A DNA stretch of 64,000 nucleotides from Desulfuromonadaceae bacterium (GCA_028712075.1 JAQTQX010000019.1:25896-89895); one strand, 5' to 3'. Counted from the first letter of the stretch, positions 16,640 to 26,163 are shown. The notes: a model not told the origin generated them from the sequence alone. Made by a program: numbers and translations.

Positions 16640-16790
16640 CAAAGCATCGGGTTGGCAGGTTTCCTGGCTCCAGGGTCATTTTACTTGCCGCGCCTTCCCG
16701 GTACATACCAGTGGCATAATGCGGCTTTCATCGCCTGTTACAGTTGCGGGACAGCAAGGGATTTTCACCCTTTTCCCTATTATCCGTAGT
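16640..16790 (-). promoter_or_regulatory. Cobalamin (B12) riboswitch aptamer
   Basis: The minus strand reads AATAGGGAAAAGGGTGAAAATCCCTTGCTGTCCCGCAACTGTAA ... GCCACTGG ... GGGAAGGCG ... GAGCCAGGAAACCTGCC. These match the conserved cobalamin-riboswitch core and B12 box. No TPP-box (CTGAGA) is present. Confidence 0.8.
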
Positions 16791-16835
16791 CAAATTGACC
16801 ACGGCACCAATCCGGGGTTTATACAGTTGATAATT

Positions 16836-16863
16836 CATTATCAGTCTTGAGTGGCAAAGTCAA
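16836..16863 (-). promoter_or_regulatory. Candidate sigma-70 promoter for the riboswitch leader
   Basis: Minus strand TTGACT-N16-ATAATG, about 45 nt upstream of the aptamer. Confidence 0.35.
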
Positions 16864-16905
16864 TTGAGTTCAGAACGGGAGACCGGCGTCTCTGTAGTTA
16901 CTCAA

Positions 16906-17400
16906 TTACAGACGTTTACATACAAAGTTTGTTGTTTCTGGCACTCCAGCACTTGTGCATTTAATTGGCTGAAGAGTTTGAGGATTTGTAGGGTAATTAA
17001 TACGGCTATCAGATATGGCATCACCTGAACATGCAAGAGGAGCAGAATCCCCACTGCCAATTATATAATCCTCGTTATACGACAATGGAAATCCCATGAA
17101 TTGATCTTGATACTGGGTTGCACTATTACAAACAAAAACCGTGATAACTTCAGAACAAGTATTCAGATACCTGTAAAGTTCAAATGGTGAATAAGTTCTA
17201 TTTAATGGTTGAAGACATGCATTCATTCCGCTAGTAACATTACTTGCTAAGATGGTAGTTGTAGTGACGCTTGCGGTGGTTGTTGTAGTAGAAGTGCTGG
17301 TAGTTGTAGTGCTTGATGTTCCGCTGGAACTACCATTTGATCCACCTCTACCACAAGATGTAATGATACAAAGCGAAACTGCCAGAAGTAACTTGACCAT
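16906..17400 (-). CDS. lipoprotein with Ser/Thr-rich linker and Cys-containing C-terminal domain
   Basis: ATG 17400 gives MVKLLLAVSLCIITSCG, a lipobox. This is followed by the tract SSSGTSSTTTTSTSTTTTTASVTTTT. Confidence 0.6.
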   Translation of the reverse strand: MVKLLLAVSLCIITSCGRGGSNGSSSGTSSTTTTSTSTTTTTASVTTTTILASNVTSGMNACLQPLNRTYSPFELYRYLNTCSEVITVFVCNSATQYQDQFMGFPLSYNEDYIIGSGDSAPLACSGDAISDSRINYPTNPQTLQPIKCTSAGVPETTNFVCKRL

Positions 17401-17549
17401 AGTTTTCTCGTTCACCTGATCCCCCTTTTTTGAAACTACCCATAACAATATGTAGATAGAAAGTGTAAATAAAATCGACAAGTCCTAAAGTAAAGGGACG
17501 CTACTTGTTCGAGTAAGCGTCCCTAATGAGTTTGAGCTATGTATTGCGA

Positions 17550-18317
17550 TTATGCTTTTGTATTCTTCCTGCGCTTGCCGTACACGGCGAGTCCAGCCAT
17601 ACCGAGACCAAGGAGGGCTATTGTTCCTGGTTCGGGTACTGGCGTGTTGTCAGGAGTATCGTTCAGGGCAATTGAAGTCTCAATCATGAGATTAGATGCT
17701 GATGTGTGACGCTCCGCAAAGAAGAAGTCAAAGCCGTAGTTGTTACCGGCCGTGAGCCCAAGAGTATCAAGATTGACCGATGCAGATGCTGCAGGATGGA
17801 TACCACCAAGATCAACTACTAACTGTTTATTGATGAACACCCAAACATCATCATCACCAGTGAAATTAAACTTTTGTCCCGCCTGGTATGTGAAATCAGT
17901 ATGGAGTTCATACGTAAAATGATAGTTATGAATACCATAGTTTCCTAATAATTGATCATCTATCGGGAAAAAGCCATCGTTAGAGTAAGTATAAACACTC
18001 GGGCTTGTTTCATTCAGAGTAATTGTGTGGCTCTTTGATGCGTTTACCCCTGCCACATCATTAAACCACTGGTTAAACGTTGTAGCACTCTGGATGCTAT
18101 CATTTGAAGTACCGACAAAAACAGGTTTGCCATCTAATCCAAGTGTTGGGCTGACTATTCCAGTTACAACCCCATTAATAGCCGCTTCAAAATCAGGGTT
18201 TGTTAAGGGAGTGAAGTCCCTTATTGTTCCCGTGAGATTAATTGAGGTCGCTGCTGAAATAGACGCTGTTGTCAGTACGGCTACAAATGCTGTTACAAGG
18301 ATTGATTTAAGTTTCAT
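17550..18317 (-). CDS. fibro-slime (PA14-like) domain protein with PEP-CTERM sorting signal
   Basis: Signal peptide, then GTIRDF..NPDFE, FFPID, HFTYELHTDFTY..G..F.FTGDDDVWVFIN..LVVDLGGIH and FFFAERHTS.SN. The C-terminus is VPEPGTIALLGLGMAGLAVYGKRRKN. Confidence 0.8.
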   Translation of the reverse strand: MKLKSILVTAFVAVLTTASISAATSINLTGTIRDFTPLTNPDFEAAINGVVTGIVSPTLGLDGKPVFVGTSNDSIQSATTFNQWFNDVAGVNASKSHTITLNETSPSVYTYSNDGFFPIDDQLLGNYGIHNYHFTYELHTDFTYQAGQKFNFTGDDDVWVFINKQLVVDLGGIHPAASASVNLDTLGLTAGNNYGFDFFFAERHTSASNLMIETSIALNDTPDNTPVPEPGTIALLGLGMAGLAVYGKRRKNTKA

Positions 18318-18476
18318 TGGCTTCCTCCCGAGTACCTCTAAAATAGCTGATTATGAGATAACTAACAGCAAACAGCGTACCAATTATGTAACACACTGAC
18401 AGCACAGATATTATTCAATATGCAATCTGATATTTTTTATAAATGTAAACTTTACCGACACTGCATTTCTCACAAC

Positions 18477-18671
18477 CTATAGTCCAGCTTCTTGACCACA
18501 TCCAGGGGCCTGCCGGCCTTGAGGTATTGACCGAATTGGTTCTACCTGCATGTTGAATCCAGTATCGACAATTGGATAGCGGATACTTGCCAAGCTCTGG
18601 GCCCATGCAGAAAAAATAAACACGGGAAGTAGAAACACCATAATTGAAAAAACAATTTGAACCTTTTTCAT
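18477..18671 (-). CDS. small secreted protein, possibly a truncated DUF1566-type N-terminus
   Basis: MKKVQIVFSIMVFLLPVFIFSAWA is a signal peptide. YPIVDTG...PGCGQEA resembles the start of DUF1566 proteins but stops early. Confidence 0.3.
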   Translation of the reverse strand: MKKVQIVFSIMVFLLPVFIFSAWAQSLASIRYPIVDTGFNMQVEPIRSIPQGRQAPGCGQEAGL

Positions 18672-18925
18672 GATCTCTTTCTGTATGCTGTTCTCTGTAG
18701 CTCTTCGATTGCCCGGCATCTACTATAGTGTTTTTTGGGATCCGCTGCATAACTGAAGGAATAGGCTGTCACATAGGAAACAGTGCCGTTGGCGTCAATC
18801 GTCCGTTGTTTGAAGGTTAAGGTTACCCCCAGATCGTTGTTTGTCTCGCCGCTTAGTTCTACCGGCAGATAGCCGTTGACAATATTTTGAGTGAGGTTGA
18901 CGGGGGAATAAGTTGGATTGTTACT

Positions 18926-19011
18926 TGGTAGCGGAGGCCGGACTCGAACCGGCATGAGGTTGCCCTCGGCAGATTTTGAGTCTGCTGTGTCTACCATTTC
19001 ACCACTCCGCC
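18926..19011 (-). tRNA. tRNA-Leu (anticodon CAA)
   Basis: The minus strand reads GGCGGAGTGGTGAAATGGTAGACACAGCAGACTCAAAATCTGCCGAGGGCAACCTCATGCCGGTTCGAGTCCGGCCTCCGCTACCA. It has a cloverleaf with a long variable arm, anticodon loop CTCAAAA and an encoded CCA. Confidence 0.9.
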
Positions 19012-19154
19012 AAGGTTGGTACTTATAATTCAGGCGACGTTTTTCGTCAAGTAGTTTTGCCTGGACCGGTTTGAGATGAGGGAATTGTTTTTTGCCAACT
19101 AATCGTAACTTTGTATGGCCGTCATGCGTAACGGTGCGGAAGTTCATCCTGAAT

Positions 19155-19361
19155 TCATCCACCAAGATATTTGGTCAGTTCCTCTGCAAGCGTTGCCGGA
19201 TGCAGCAAACGGGCAGGGGTTTTATCGTCACCGAAAAATTCCTTTGACCAAGGCTGGCGGCGTACCCAAGCCATCAGTTTTTCCCAGCCGGCCCAGGTTG
19301 AAAAGTCCACACCCTGAATGTTGGTAATCTGTTCAAGAAAAGTTTGTTCAAATCCAGTCAT
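19155..19361 (-). CDS. hypothetical small protein (68 aa)
   Basis: ORF starting MTGFEQTFLEQ. The RBS is weak and I recognise no family. Confidence 0.3.
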   Translation of the reverse strand: MTGFEQTFLEQITNIQGVDFSTWAGWEKLMAWVRRQPWSKEFFGDDKTPARLLHPATLAEELTKYLGG

Positions 19362-19478
19362 TGATACTCTCTCAAAAAAATCAATCTTGTGCCGCAACGT
19401 ACGTTTTGTATCGGTCTATCTGCCGGTTTGTTAACGTATCGGCGCAACGGTTGTGGATCGCTGTACTGTCACAGTACA

Positions 19479-20582
19479 CTATCCACGAAGATATTCAGAC
19501 AAAAATCGTCCCTTGTATTCCAGAAAACGTCCTTCTCCGATTGAGTGACGAATCTCTGCCATCATGGCCAGATAAAAATGGACATTGTGGATGGCGGACA
19601 GGACTGCCGAGAGCACTTCATTTGCCACAAAAAGGTGATGAAGGTAGGCCCGTGTAAAGTTTTGGCACGTATAACAGCTGCAGCTCGGATCGATCGGGAA
19701 AAAGTCGCGCTTGTAATTTTTATTGGTCAGGCGGATTTTGCCGCGACGGGTGAACAGTGTGGCACTCCTGGCATAGCGGGTCGGTATGACGCAATCGAAC
19801 ATATCTATACCCCTCTCAACACTTTCAAGAATGTCTTCGGGCAGGCCGACACCCATCAGATAGCGCGGTTTGTCTTCCGGCAGATGCGGAGTCGTGAAGC
19901 CGACAATCTTCTTGAGGAGTTCGAGCCCTTCTCCTACACTGACCCCGCCGATGGCATAGCCTGGCAGATCAAGTGTGCGCATTTCTTTTGTACACATTTC
20001 ACGCAGATCTTCAAAAATGCTCCCCTGTATAATACCAAATAGTGCCTGGCCGTTGTCAGTCATGGCGTTCTGGCACTCCTTCAGCCATCTGATGGTCTTT
20101 TTTGTTGACTTTTCAGCATACGATTTTTCACACGGGTAGGGGATGCACTCGTCAAAAGCCATGATAATATCGGCGCCAAGATCCTGTTGGATGCGGATTG
20201 CCGAGGCGGGGTCGAGATATATTTCTGAACCGGTGATTTCATGTTTAAAGAAAACGCCTTCTTCCGTGATGCGTTTGTTCGGCAGCGAGAATACCTGAAA
20301 ACCGCCGGAATCAGTCAGGATGGGCTTGTCCCATGCCATGAATTTATGCAGTCCTCCCGCTTTTTTGACCAGTCCTTCGCCCGGTTGCAGATGGAGGTGA
20401 TAGGTGTTCGACAGAATGATCTGGGAACCGGTTTCGTGTATCTGAGCGGGGGTTAAAGGCTTCATGGCGCCATGAGTAGCCACCGGCATGAATATCGGTG
20501 TCTGAATTTCACCACGGGCTGTGCTGACGATTCCAAGTCGCGCCGAACAACCCGGGTCCTTCTTTAACAACCTGAATTCCAT
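19479..20582 (-). CDS. tgt: tRNA-guanine transglycosylase (queuine tRNA-ribosyltransferase)
   Basis: ARLG..T.RGEIQTPIFMPVATHG, LTDSGGFQV and the zinc motif CSCYTC..FTRAYLHHL. ATG 20582 has a GGAG RBS. Confidence 0.92.
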   Translation of the reverse strand: MEFRLLKKDPGCSARLGIVSTARGEIQTPIFMPVATHGAMKPLTPAQIHETGSQIILSNTYHLHLQPGEGLVKKAGGLHKFMAWDKPILTDSGGFQVFSLPNKRITEEGVFFKHEITGSEIYLDPASAIRIQQDLGADIIMAFDECIPYPCEKSYAEKSTKKTIRWLKECQNAMTDNGQALFGIIQGSIFEDLREMCTKEMRTLDLPGYAIGGVSVGEGLELLKKIVGFTTPHLPEDKPRYLMGVGLPEDILESVERGIDMFDCVIPTRYARSATLFTRRGKIRLTNKNYKRDFFPIDPSCSCYTCQNFTRAYLHHLFVANEVLSAVLSAIHNVHFYLAMMAEIRHSIGEGRFLEYKGRFLSEYLRG

Positions 20583-20967
20583 GAAGTCTCCATAACTCAT
20601 CCGAGTCGTCAGTAAAGTGTTCCTGCTCAATTTCTGTGGATGTATTATCACGAAAACCAGTTAAAATGCAATTTGTGAGTGTGCGGCGCTGGTTATCCAT
20701 CTACTTAAATGCAATCTGTATACATAAAATGGTTGCATTTTGTTATAACGATGTTTAGTATCGCACCGGTTTAAAAACAGTATATTGTATGCACTCGCCA
20801 TTTGCGTTAATAAACGCTCTACATAACACTTCAAGGAGGTTTACGAATGAAAGTTGTCTCCAGATTTTGTTGGCGCGGTCCCCCGTGAGTACAAGCCGCA
20901 CAGATAACCCCATGCTGTAGTGAATAGATCTCGCATCTGAAATTAATCATCAAAAGGAAGGAATGCC

Positions 20968-21657
20968 ATGCAATTAACTTCATCATCAATCGGCAGAAAG
21001 ATTCTGATGGCGATTACGGGCCAGTCAATGGTTTTGTTCGCTGTTATTCATCTGCTCGGTAACAGTTCCATCTTCGGATGGCTCAATGGTGGCATCAATG
21101 CGTATGCCGAACATCTTCACAGTTTGCCACTCCCATTTATCATCGGTTTTCGACTGGTGATGCTGGCCATGGTCTGCGTGCATATCTGGTTCGGGATTCA
21201 ACTGACTATCGAAAACCGTGGTGGACGCCCGCAACAGTACGCAGTGAAGGCAACCCAGAAAACAACGTTTGCCAGTGAGAACATGATCTGGACAGGTGCT
21301 CTTCTCGGCCTGTTTCTTGTGTATCACCTGTTGCACTTTACATTCCAGACGATAAGTCCGGAAACTGCGGCGCTGAAAAACCTTGTGCCGCTCCATAACG
21401 AAATGGTTCCCAATGTACTCGGGATGGTTGTTGCCGGCTTTAAAAACTTTCTTGTCTCGTTTATCTACGCAGGAGCTATGATCGCACTGTTTCTGCATCT
21501 GTCTCACGGCATCCAGAGCTTCTTCCAGACTATGGGTTGGAGTTGCGATAAAACCCAGCCTATCCTTGTAAAATTCGGGACACTGGTCGCTCTCGTTCTT
21601 TTTCTGGGTTATGTTACCATCCCGCTGACAATTTTTGCCGGCATTCTGAAAGGTTAA
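20968..21657 (+). CDS. sdhC: succinate dehydrogenase/fumarate reductase cytochrome b subunit (b558 family)
   Basis: A 229-aa five-TM protein with conserved His residues, immediately upstream of sdhA/sdhB. Confidence 0.85.
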   Translation: MQLTSSSIGRKILMAITGQSMVLFAVIHLLGNSSIFGWLNGGINAYAEHLHSLPLPFIIGFRLVMLAMVCVHIWFGIQLTIENRGGRPQQYAVKATQKTTFASENMIWTGALLGLFLVYHLLHFTFQTISPETAALKNLVPLHNEMVPNVLGMVVAGFKNFLVSFIYAGAMIALFLHLSHGIQSFFQTMGWSCDKTQPILVKFGTLVALVLFLGYVTIPLTIFAGILKG

Positions 21658-21667
21658 GGGGGTTATT

Positions 21668-23584
21668 GTGATACTTGATGGAAAATGTCCAACCGGACCT
21701 ATTGAAAAAAGTTGGGACAAGCACCGCTTCGACTTGAAGCTGGTTAATCCCGCTAACAAGCGCAAGTACAATATTATTATGGTCGGTACCGGACTTGCGG
21801 GTGGCGCTGCCGCTGCATCTCTTGGTGAACTTGGCTATAACGTCAAAGCATTCTGCTATCAGGACAGTCCTCGTCGTGCTCACTCTATTGCAGCGCAGGG
21901 TGGAATTAACGCAGCCAAGAACTATCCGAGTGACGGCGACTCGATCCTTCGTTTGATGTACGACACCATCAAGGGTGGCGACTTCCGTGCTCGTGAGGCT
22001 GATGTCTGGAGACTTTCGCAGGTTTCCAACAACATCATCGATCAGTGCGTTGCTCAAGGCGTCCCCTTTGCCCGTGATTATGCCGGTTATCTTGACAACC
22101 GTTCTTTTGGCGGTGCCCAGGTTTCACGTACATTTTACTCAAGGGGGCTTACAGGCCAGCAACTTTTGCTAGGCGCCTACTCGGCTCTGTCACGCCAGAT
22201 CAAGGCCGGTTCTGTTAAGATGTATACCCGCCGCGAAATGCTTGACCTTGTCGTGGTAGACGGTGTTGCCCGTGGCATCACGGTGCGCAACCTGGTGACC
22301 GGCGAGATTGAGTCCCACGCAGCCGATGCGGTTTGTCTGGCTTCAGGTGGTTATGTAAACGTATTCTACCTTTCCACCAACGCAAAGGGGTGCTCTGTAA
22401 CGGCTAACTGGAGTGCTGCAAAGAAAGGCGCTTTCTTTGCCAACCCCTGTTACACCCAGATCCACCCGACCTGTATTCCCCAAGCCGGCGAGTATCAGTC
22501 CAAACTGACGCTTATGTCCGAATCGCTACGAAATGATGGCCGCATCTGGGTTCCCAAGAAAAAGGAAGACTGTGGCAAGCATCCCGGCGAAGTTGCCGAA
22601 GCAGACCGTGACTATTACTTGGAGCGTAAGTATCCCTCATTCGGCAACCTTGCTCCCCGTGATATTTCCTCCCGTTCCGCAAAAGAGGCCTGCGATGATG
22701 GCCGCGGAGTCGGGCCTGGCGGTCGTGGTGTCTACCTTGACTTTGAAGAGTCCATCAAGCGCCTCAGCGAGGATACCATCCGAGAGAGGTATGGCAACCT
22801 GTTCGAGATGTATGAAAAAATCACCGACGAAAACGGTTACAAACGACCGATGCGTATCTATCCCGCACCTCACTATGCTATGGGTGGTCTTTGGGTTGAC
22901 TACAACCTGATGAGCAACATTCCCGGTCTGTTTGTTCTGGGTGAAGCCAACTTCTCGGTTCACGGGGCCAACCGTCTGGGTGCCTCTGCTCTTATGCAGG
23001 GTCTCTCAGATGGCTATTTCGTTATTCCTTACACTATCGGCGGGTATCTGGTGACAGTCAAACCAGGCTCTGTCAAAAACGATCACCCCGAATTCAAAAA
23101 ATCAGTTGAGGATGTCAAGACAAGAACCAATAAGTTCCTCAATATTAATGGCAAAAAGACCGTTACCGAATTCCACCGTGAACTGGGTAAGGTTATGTGG
23201 AACAACGTTGGTATGGCACGTTCCAAGGAAAGCCTCACAGAAGCGCTCAAGGTGATTCCGCAGATTCGTGAAGATTTCTGGAAAAATGTCAAGGTCGGCG
23301 GGTCTGGCACAGATCTCAACCAGCAACTGGAAAATGCCGGCCGGGTTGCGGATTTCCTCGAATTTGGCGAACTCCTGACGCGCGATGCCCTTCACCGCGA
23401 AGAGTCATGCGGCGGTCATTTCAGAACGGAACATCAACTTCCCGATGGCGAGGCCAAGCGTAATGACGCCGACTTTTCCTATGTCGGAGCATGGGAGTTC
23501 AAGGGTAACGACAAGGAACCTGAACTGCACAAAGAACCTCTGAAATTCGAGACTATTCATCTCGCAGTAAGGAGCTACAAATAA
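21668..23584 (+). CDS. sdhA: succinate dehydrogenase/fumarate reductase flavoprotein subunit
   Basis: FAD-binding site [24 protein letters not shown] with the covalent-FAD His, and the C-terminal [10 protein letters not shown]-like motif. GTG start after an AAGGGGG RBS. Confidence 0.95.
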   Translation: MILDGKCPTGPIEKSWDKHRFDLKLVNPANKRKYNIIMVGTGLAGGAAAASLGELGYNVKAFCYQDSPRRAHSIAAQGGINAAKNYPSDGDSILRLMYDTIKGGDFRAREADVWRLSQVSNNIIDQCVAQGVPFARDYAGYLDNRSFGGAQVSRTFYSRGLTGQQLLLGAYSALSRQIKAGSVKMYTRREMLDLVVVDGVARGITVRNLVTGEIESHAADAVCLASGGYVNVFYLSTNAKGCSVTANWSAAKKGAFFANPCYTQIHPTCIPQAGEYQSKLTLMSESLRNDGRIWVPKKKEDCGKHPGEVAEADRDYYLERKYPSFGNLAPRDISSRSAKEACDDGRGVGPGGRGVYLDFEESIKRLSEDTIRERYGNLFEMYEKITDENGYKRPMRIYPAPHYAMGGLWVDYNLMSNIPGLFVLGEANFSVHGANRLGASALMQGLSDGYFVIPYTIGGYLVTVKPGSVKNDHPEFKKSVEDVKTRTNKFLNINGKKTVTEFHRELGKVMWNNVGMARSKESLTEALKVIPQIREDFWKNVKVGGSGTDLNQQLENAGRVADFLEFGELLTRDALHREESCGGHFRTEHQLPDGEAKRNDADFSYVGAWEFKGNDKEPELHKEPLKFETIHLAVRSYK

Positions 23585-24342
23585 TGAGCGATCACAAGAC
23601 AATGACATTGACACTGATCGTGTGGCGCCAAAAGAATGCCAGCGATCCCGGAAAATTTGAAACCTATACCGCCAAGAACATCACTGAGCACCACTCCTTT
23701 CTGGAGATGCTTGACTGCGTCAACGAAGACCTTATCCATGCCGGAAAAGAACCGATAGTTTTTGACCACGACTGCCGCGAAGGCATCTGCGGCATGTGCT
23801 CTCAGGTTATTAATGGCGCGCCTCACGGCGGGCAGGATCGTACAACGGTCTGCCAACTGCATATGCGTAAATTCAAAGATGGCGATACCATCTACATTGA
23901 ACCGTGGAGAGCTCGGGCCTTCCCGATCATTAAGGACTTGATCGTAGATCGTGCTGCTCTTGATACGATTATTCAGGCCGGCGGCTATACCTCCTGTCAT
24001 ACTGGTGGCGTGCCGGACGGTAATGCTATCTTGATTCCCAAGCCGATTGCTGAAGAGGCCACGGATGCAGCCGAGTGCATCGGGTGCGGCGCTTGTGTGG
24101 CCGGGTGTCCTAATGGTGCTGCGATGCTCTTCACCGGTGCCAAGGTTTCTCAATTGGCGTTGCTGCCACAGGGCAGGGCCGAAGCTGTTGCTCGCGTGAA
24201 AAACATGACTAATGCCATGATTGAATGCGGTTTTGGCAATTGCAGTAATCATTATGAATGCATGGCCGCCTGTCCCAAAGGCGTCAATGTCAAGTTTATT
24301 GCCAGGATGAACCGTGAATTTATCAAGGCTCAGTTTGCCTGA
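23584..24342 (+). CDS. sdhB: succinate dehydrogenase/fumarate reductase iron-sulfur subunit
   Basis: Cys clusters [21 protein letters not shown] and CMAACP. The start overlaps the sdhA stop. Confidence 0.95.
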   Translation: MSDHKTMTLTLIVWRQKNASDPGKFETYTAKNITEHHSFLEMLDCVNEDLIHAGKEPIVFDHDCREGICGMCSQVINGAPHGGQDRTTVCQLHMRKFKDGDTIYIEPWRARAFPIIKDLIVDRAALDTIIQAGGYTSCHTGGVPDGNAILIPKPIAEEATDAAECIGCGACVAGCPNGAAMLFTGAKVSQLALLPQGRAEAVARVKNMTNAMIECGFGNCSNHYECMAACPKGVNVKFIARMNREFIKAQFA

Positions 24343-24368
24343 TTTGTATCGATTTTCTGAATTACATC

Positions 24369-24402
24369 ATCGGGGCGGCTATCTGGCTGCCCCGATTTTT
24401 TT
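24369..24402 (+). terminator. Rho-independent terminator of sdhCAB
   Basis: ATCGGGGCGGC-TATCTG-GCTGCCCCGAT followed by TTTTTT. Confidence 0.8.
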
Positions 24403-24417
24403 GGGAACCGTTTTCCA

Positions 24418-25326
24418 GTGGATCTAGATTTTGTTCGCATTGAATGTAAACCTGTTTCGGCTGTTTCAGACCGCGTGGGCACCCAGTTGCATCATGCACT
24501 TCGCGGTTTTGAAGCATACTTCAAAAAGTCATGCTGCGTAAATGGTCAGGATTCGTGTGCTGTATGTTGCCGCAATGCAGATTGTCCCTATATTGATGTC
24601 TTTGCCCGGCAGTTGTCATCTGACCCTGAGGTCGTGCGACTCCATCAGAAACCGTCACTACCGTTCTCATTATATGTCGATACTGCCGATGGTGACATGT
24701 CAGCGGTGGCCATTGGTATCGTCATTGTTGGCAGGGCTGTTAACTATGTCGAGATATTTCACGCCGCACTCTGTGCCCTGGTTAAAGAGTACATTGCCTC
24801 ACTGCATCCGGAGGCAGATTGTCACCTCACGTCCTATATTCTTGATCATCAAGCGGTTCGGCATGAGATTGTCGGAACAAGACCGGTGTCAGAGTCCGTT
24901 ATTTTACTTTCAGGGCACCATATTCTGTGCCATTCCACTCATTCCGATCATGTGCGCGTAACCTTTGCTTCGCCGCTACGGCTTATGGCCGGTGGCTCTG
25001 TTGCTCGTTGTTTTGACTTTGCGCTCTTCTTTCGTTCACAATTGCGGCGCTGTTCTTCATTGTGTGCCTATTATGGTACGGGAAAACTTGATCTCGACTT
25101 TCCCCGTCTATCACATGCGGCCCGGAATGTATCAGTATTGGAAAACAGCATCTGTTATAATCAGCAAAAATATTTAGAGCAGACCGGTATGGCCGGCTTG
25201 CTCGGTGTTGCAGAGTGTACCGGTCTCATTGAGCCGATGTATGCGCTGTTGCTTCTCGGCAGCTATTTTAATGCCGGCAAGGGTGCTGCATTCGGGTGCG
25301 GACAGTACGAAATCGAGGTGATCTGA
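24418..25326 (+). CDS. Cas6-like RAMP protein (DUF2276/CRISPR_Cas6-type), solitary
   Basis: N-terminal Cys cluster plus CPY..F (CCVNGQDSCAVCCRNADCPYIDVF), then KPSLPFSLY. The C-terminal Gly-rich loop LLLLGSYFNAGKGAAFGCGQYEI is typical of this Cas6 subfamily. GTG start. Confidence 0.6.
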   Translation: MDLDFVRIECKPVSAVSDRVGTQLHHALRGFEAYFKKSCCVNGQDSCAVCCRNADCPYIDVFARQLSSDPEVVRLHQKPSLPFSLYVDTADGDMSAVAIGIVIVGRAVNYVEIFHAALCALVKEYIASLHPEADCHLTSYILDHQAVRHEIVGTRPVSESVILLSGHHILCHSTHSDHVRVTFASPLRLMAGGSVARCFDFALFFRSQLRRCSSLCAYYGTGKLDLDFPRLSHAARNVSVLENSICYNQQKYLEQTGMAGLLGVAECTGLIEPMYALLLLGSYFNAGKGAAFGCGQYEIEVI

Positions 25327-25328
25327 GC

Positions 25329-26057
25329 ATGTTGAAAAAAATTGTGATGCTATTGTATGCACCATGTAAGCATTCGTGCCTGGCGGTCACACTGGTGATA
25401 CTTCCCCTGCTTATCGCAGGGTGTGCGTCTGTCCGTACGCCTGCAGAGCTCCACTATATGGACGGGGCAATAATTGAATCCTTGTCAAGCAATGCCTCGC
25501 TTTCGTACACAACTCCGGACCGGAGCGATTCCGGCAGCGGCGTACTTATGTTCCGTAAGCCGGATCAACTGCGTATGATCATTCTGTCTCCCTTTGGTTC
25601 AGTTCTTCAGGAAATATTCGTTACCGGCCAAAACGTGACGATAATCGATACTGGCAATGGCATCGCGTTCAGCGGAACTGTGCAGGAGTTACCGAAAACA
25701 GGAAATTTTGCCGGATGGCAGTACGTTCACTGGCTTATCGATATGGATCCGCCCAGTTCATCGTATGGTACTAAATCTGTTGAGAGGGTTAACCGGTTCG
25801 GAGATAGCGAAAGAGCTGTTTTTGAGAATGGTTTAGTGGTGTCAAAATCCATTGCCGATGTCGGATGTGTCAAATATAGCAACTATACTGCCCTGCAGGG
25901 CATTGCAGTTCCCCATGAAATTACTTACGAGGCTGTTACCGGTGAACGCCTGGTAATCAAACTTGAAGAGCCTGAAATTAACCTGCCGGTTTCAGATGCC
26001 ATCTTTACACCTAAATTGAATACTCTCCGCGTGTATCCTCTTTCAATACTGAAGTGA
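25329..26057 (+). CDS. lipoprotein, LolB/DUF4292-like (tentative)
   Basis: Lipobox LPLLIAGC. ATG 25329 lies 2 nt after the Cas6-like stop codon. Confidence 0.55.
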   Translation: MLKKIVMLLYAPCKHSCLAVTLVILPLLIAGCASVRTPAELHYMDGAIIESLSSNASLSYTTPDRSDSGSGVLMFRKPDQLRMIILSPFGSVLQEIFVTGQNVTIIDTGNGIAFSGTVQELPKTGNFAGWQYVHWLIDMDPPSSSYGTKSVERVNRFGDSERAVFENGLVVSKSIADVGCVKYSNYTALQGIAVPHEITYEAVTGERLVIKLEEPEINLPVSDAIFTPKLNTLRVYPLSILK

Positions 26058-26163
26058 CGATCCTCGCGGCATTCATCCTATTGAATGCATCGTCATTATT
26101 GACAAACAGCAAGCGTGGCAACTAATATGTCAGCATTTTAGATTTCTCCGTGAAAGGTTGTGT

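Noticed and set aside
16520-16642. N-terminal extension of the ThiC-family ORF (track start 16642)
   Set aside because: The extension would be translated from the riboswitch expression platform and its terminator. A proper AAGGAG RBS precedes ATG 16519, and ThiC homology begins there.
16540-16800. Expected TPP (THI-box) riboswitch upstream of a thiC-like gene
   Set aside because: No CTGAGA or ACCTGATCTGGATAATGCCAGCG-type elements are present. The conserved blocks are those of the cobalamin riboswitch instead.
18668-19165. 165-aa minus-strand ORF in the track
   Set aside because: It runs straight through tRNA-Leu(CAA) at 18926-19011 and has no recognisable protein motifs. I treat it as spurious.
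24343-26160. CRISPR array or cas genes near the Cas6-like gene
   Set aside because: I looked for regularly spaced 25-40-nt direct repeats here and throughout the window and found none. The flanking genes are housekeeping.
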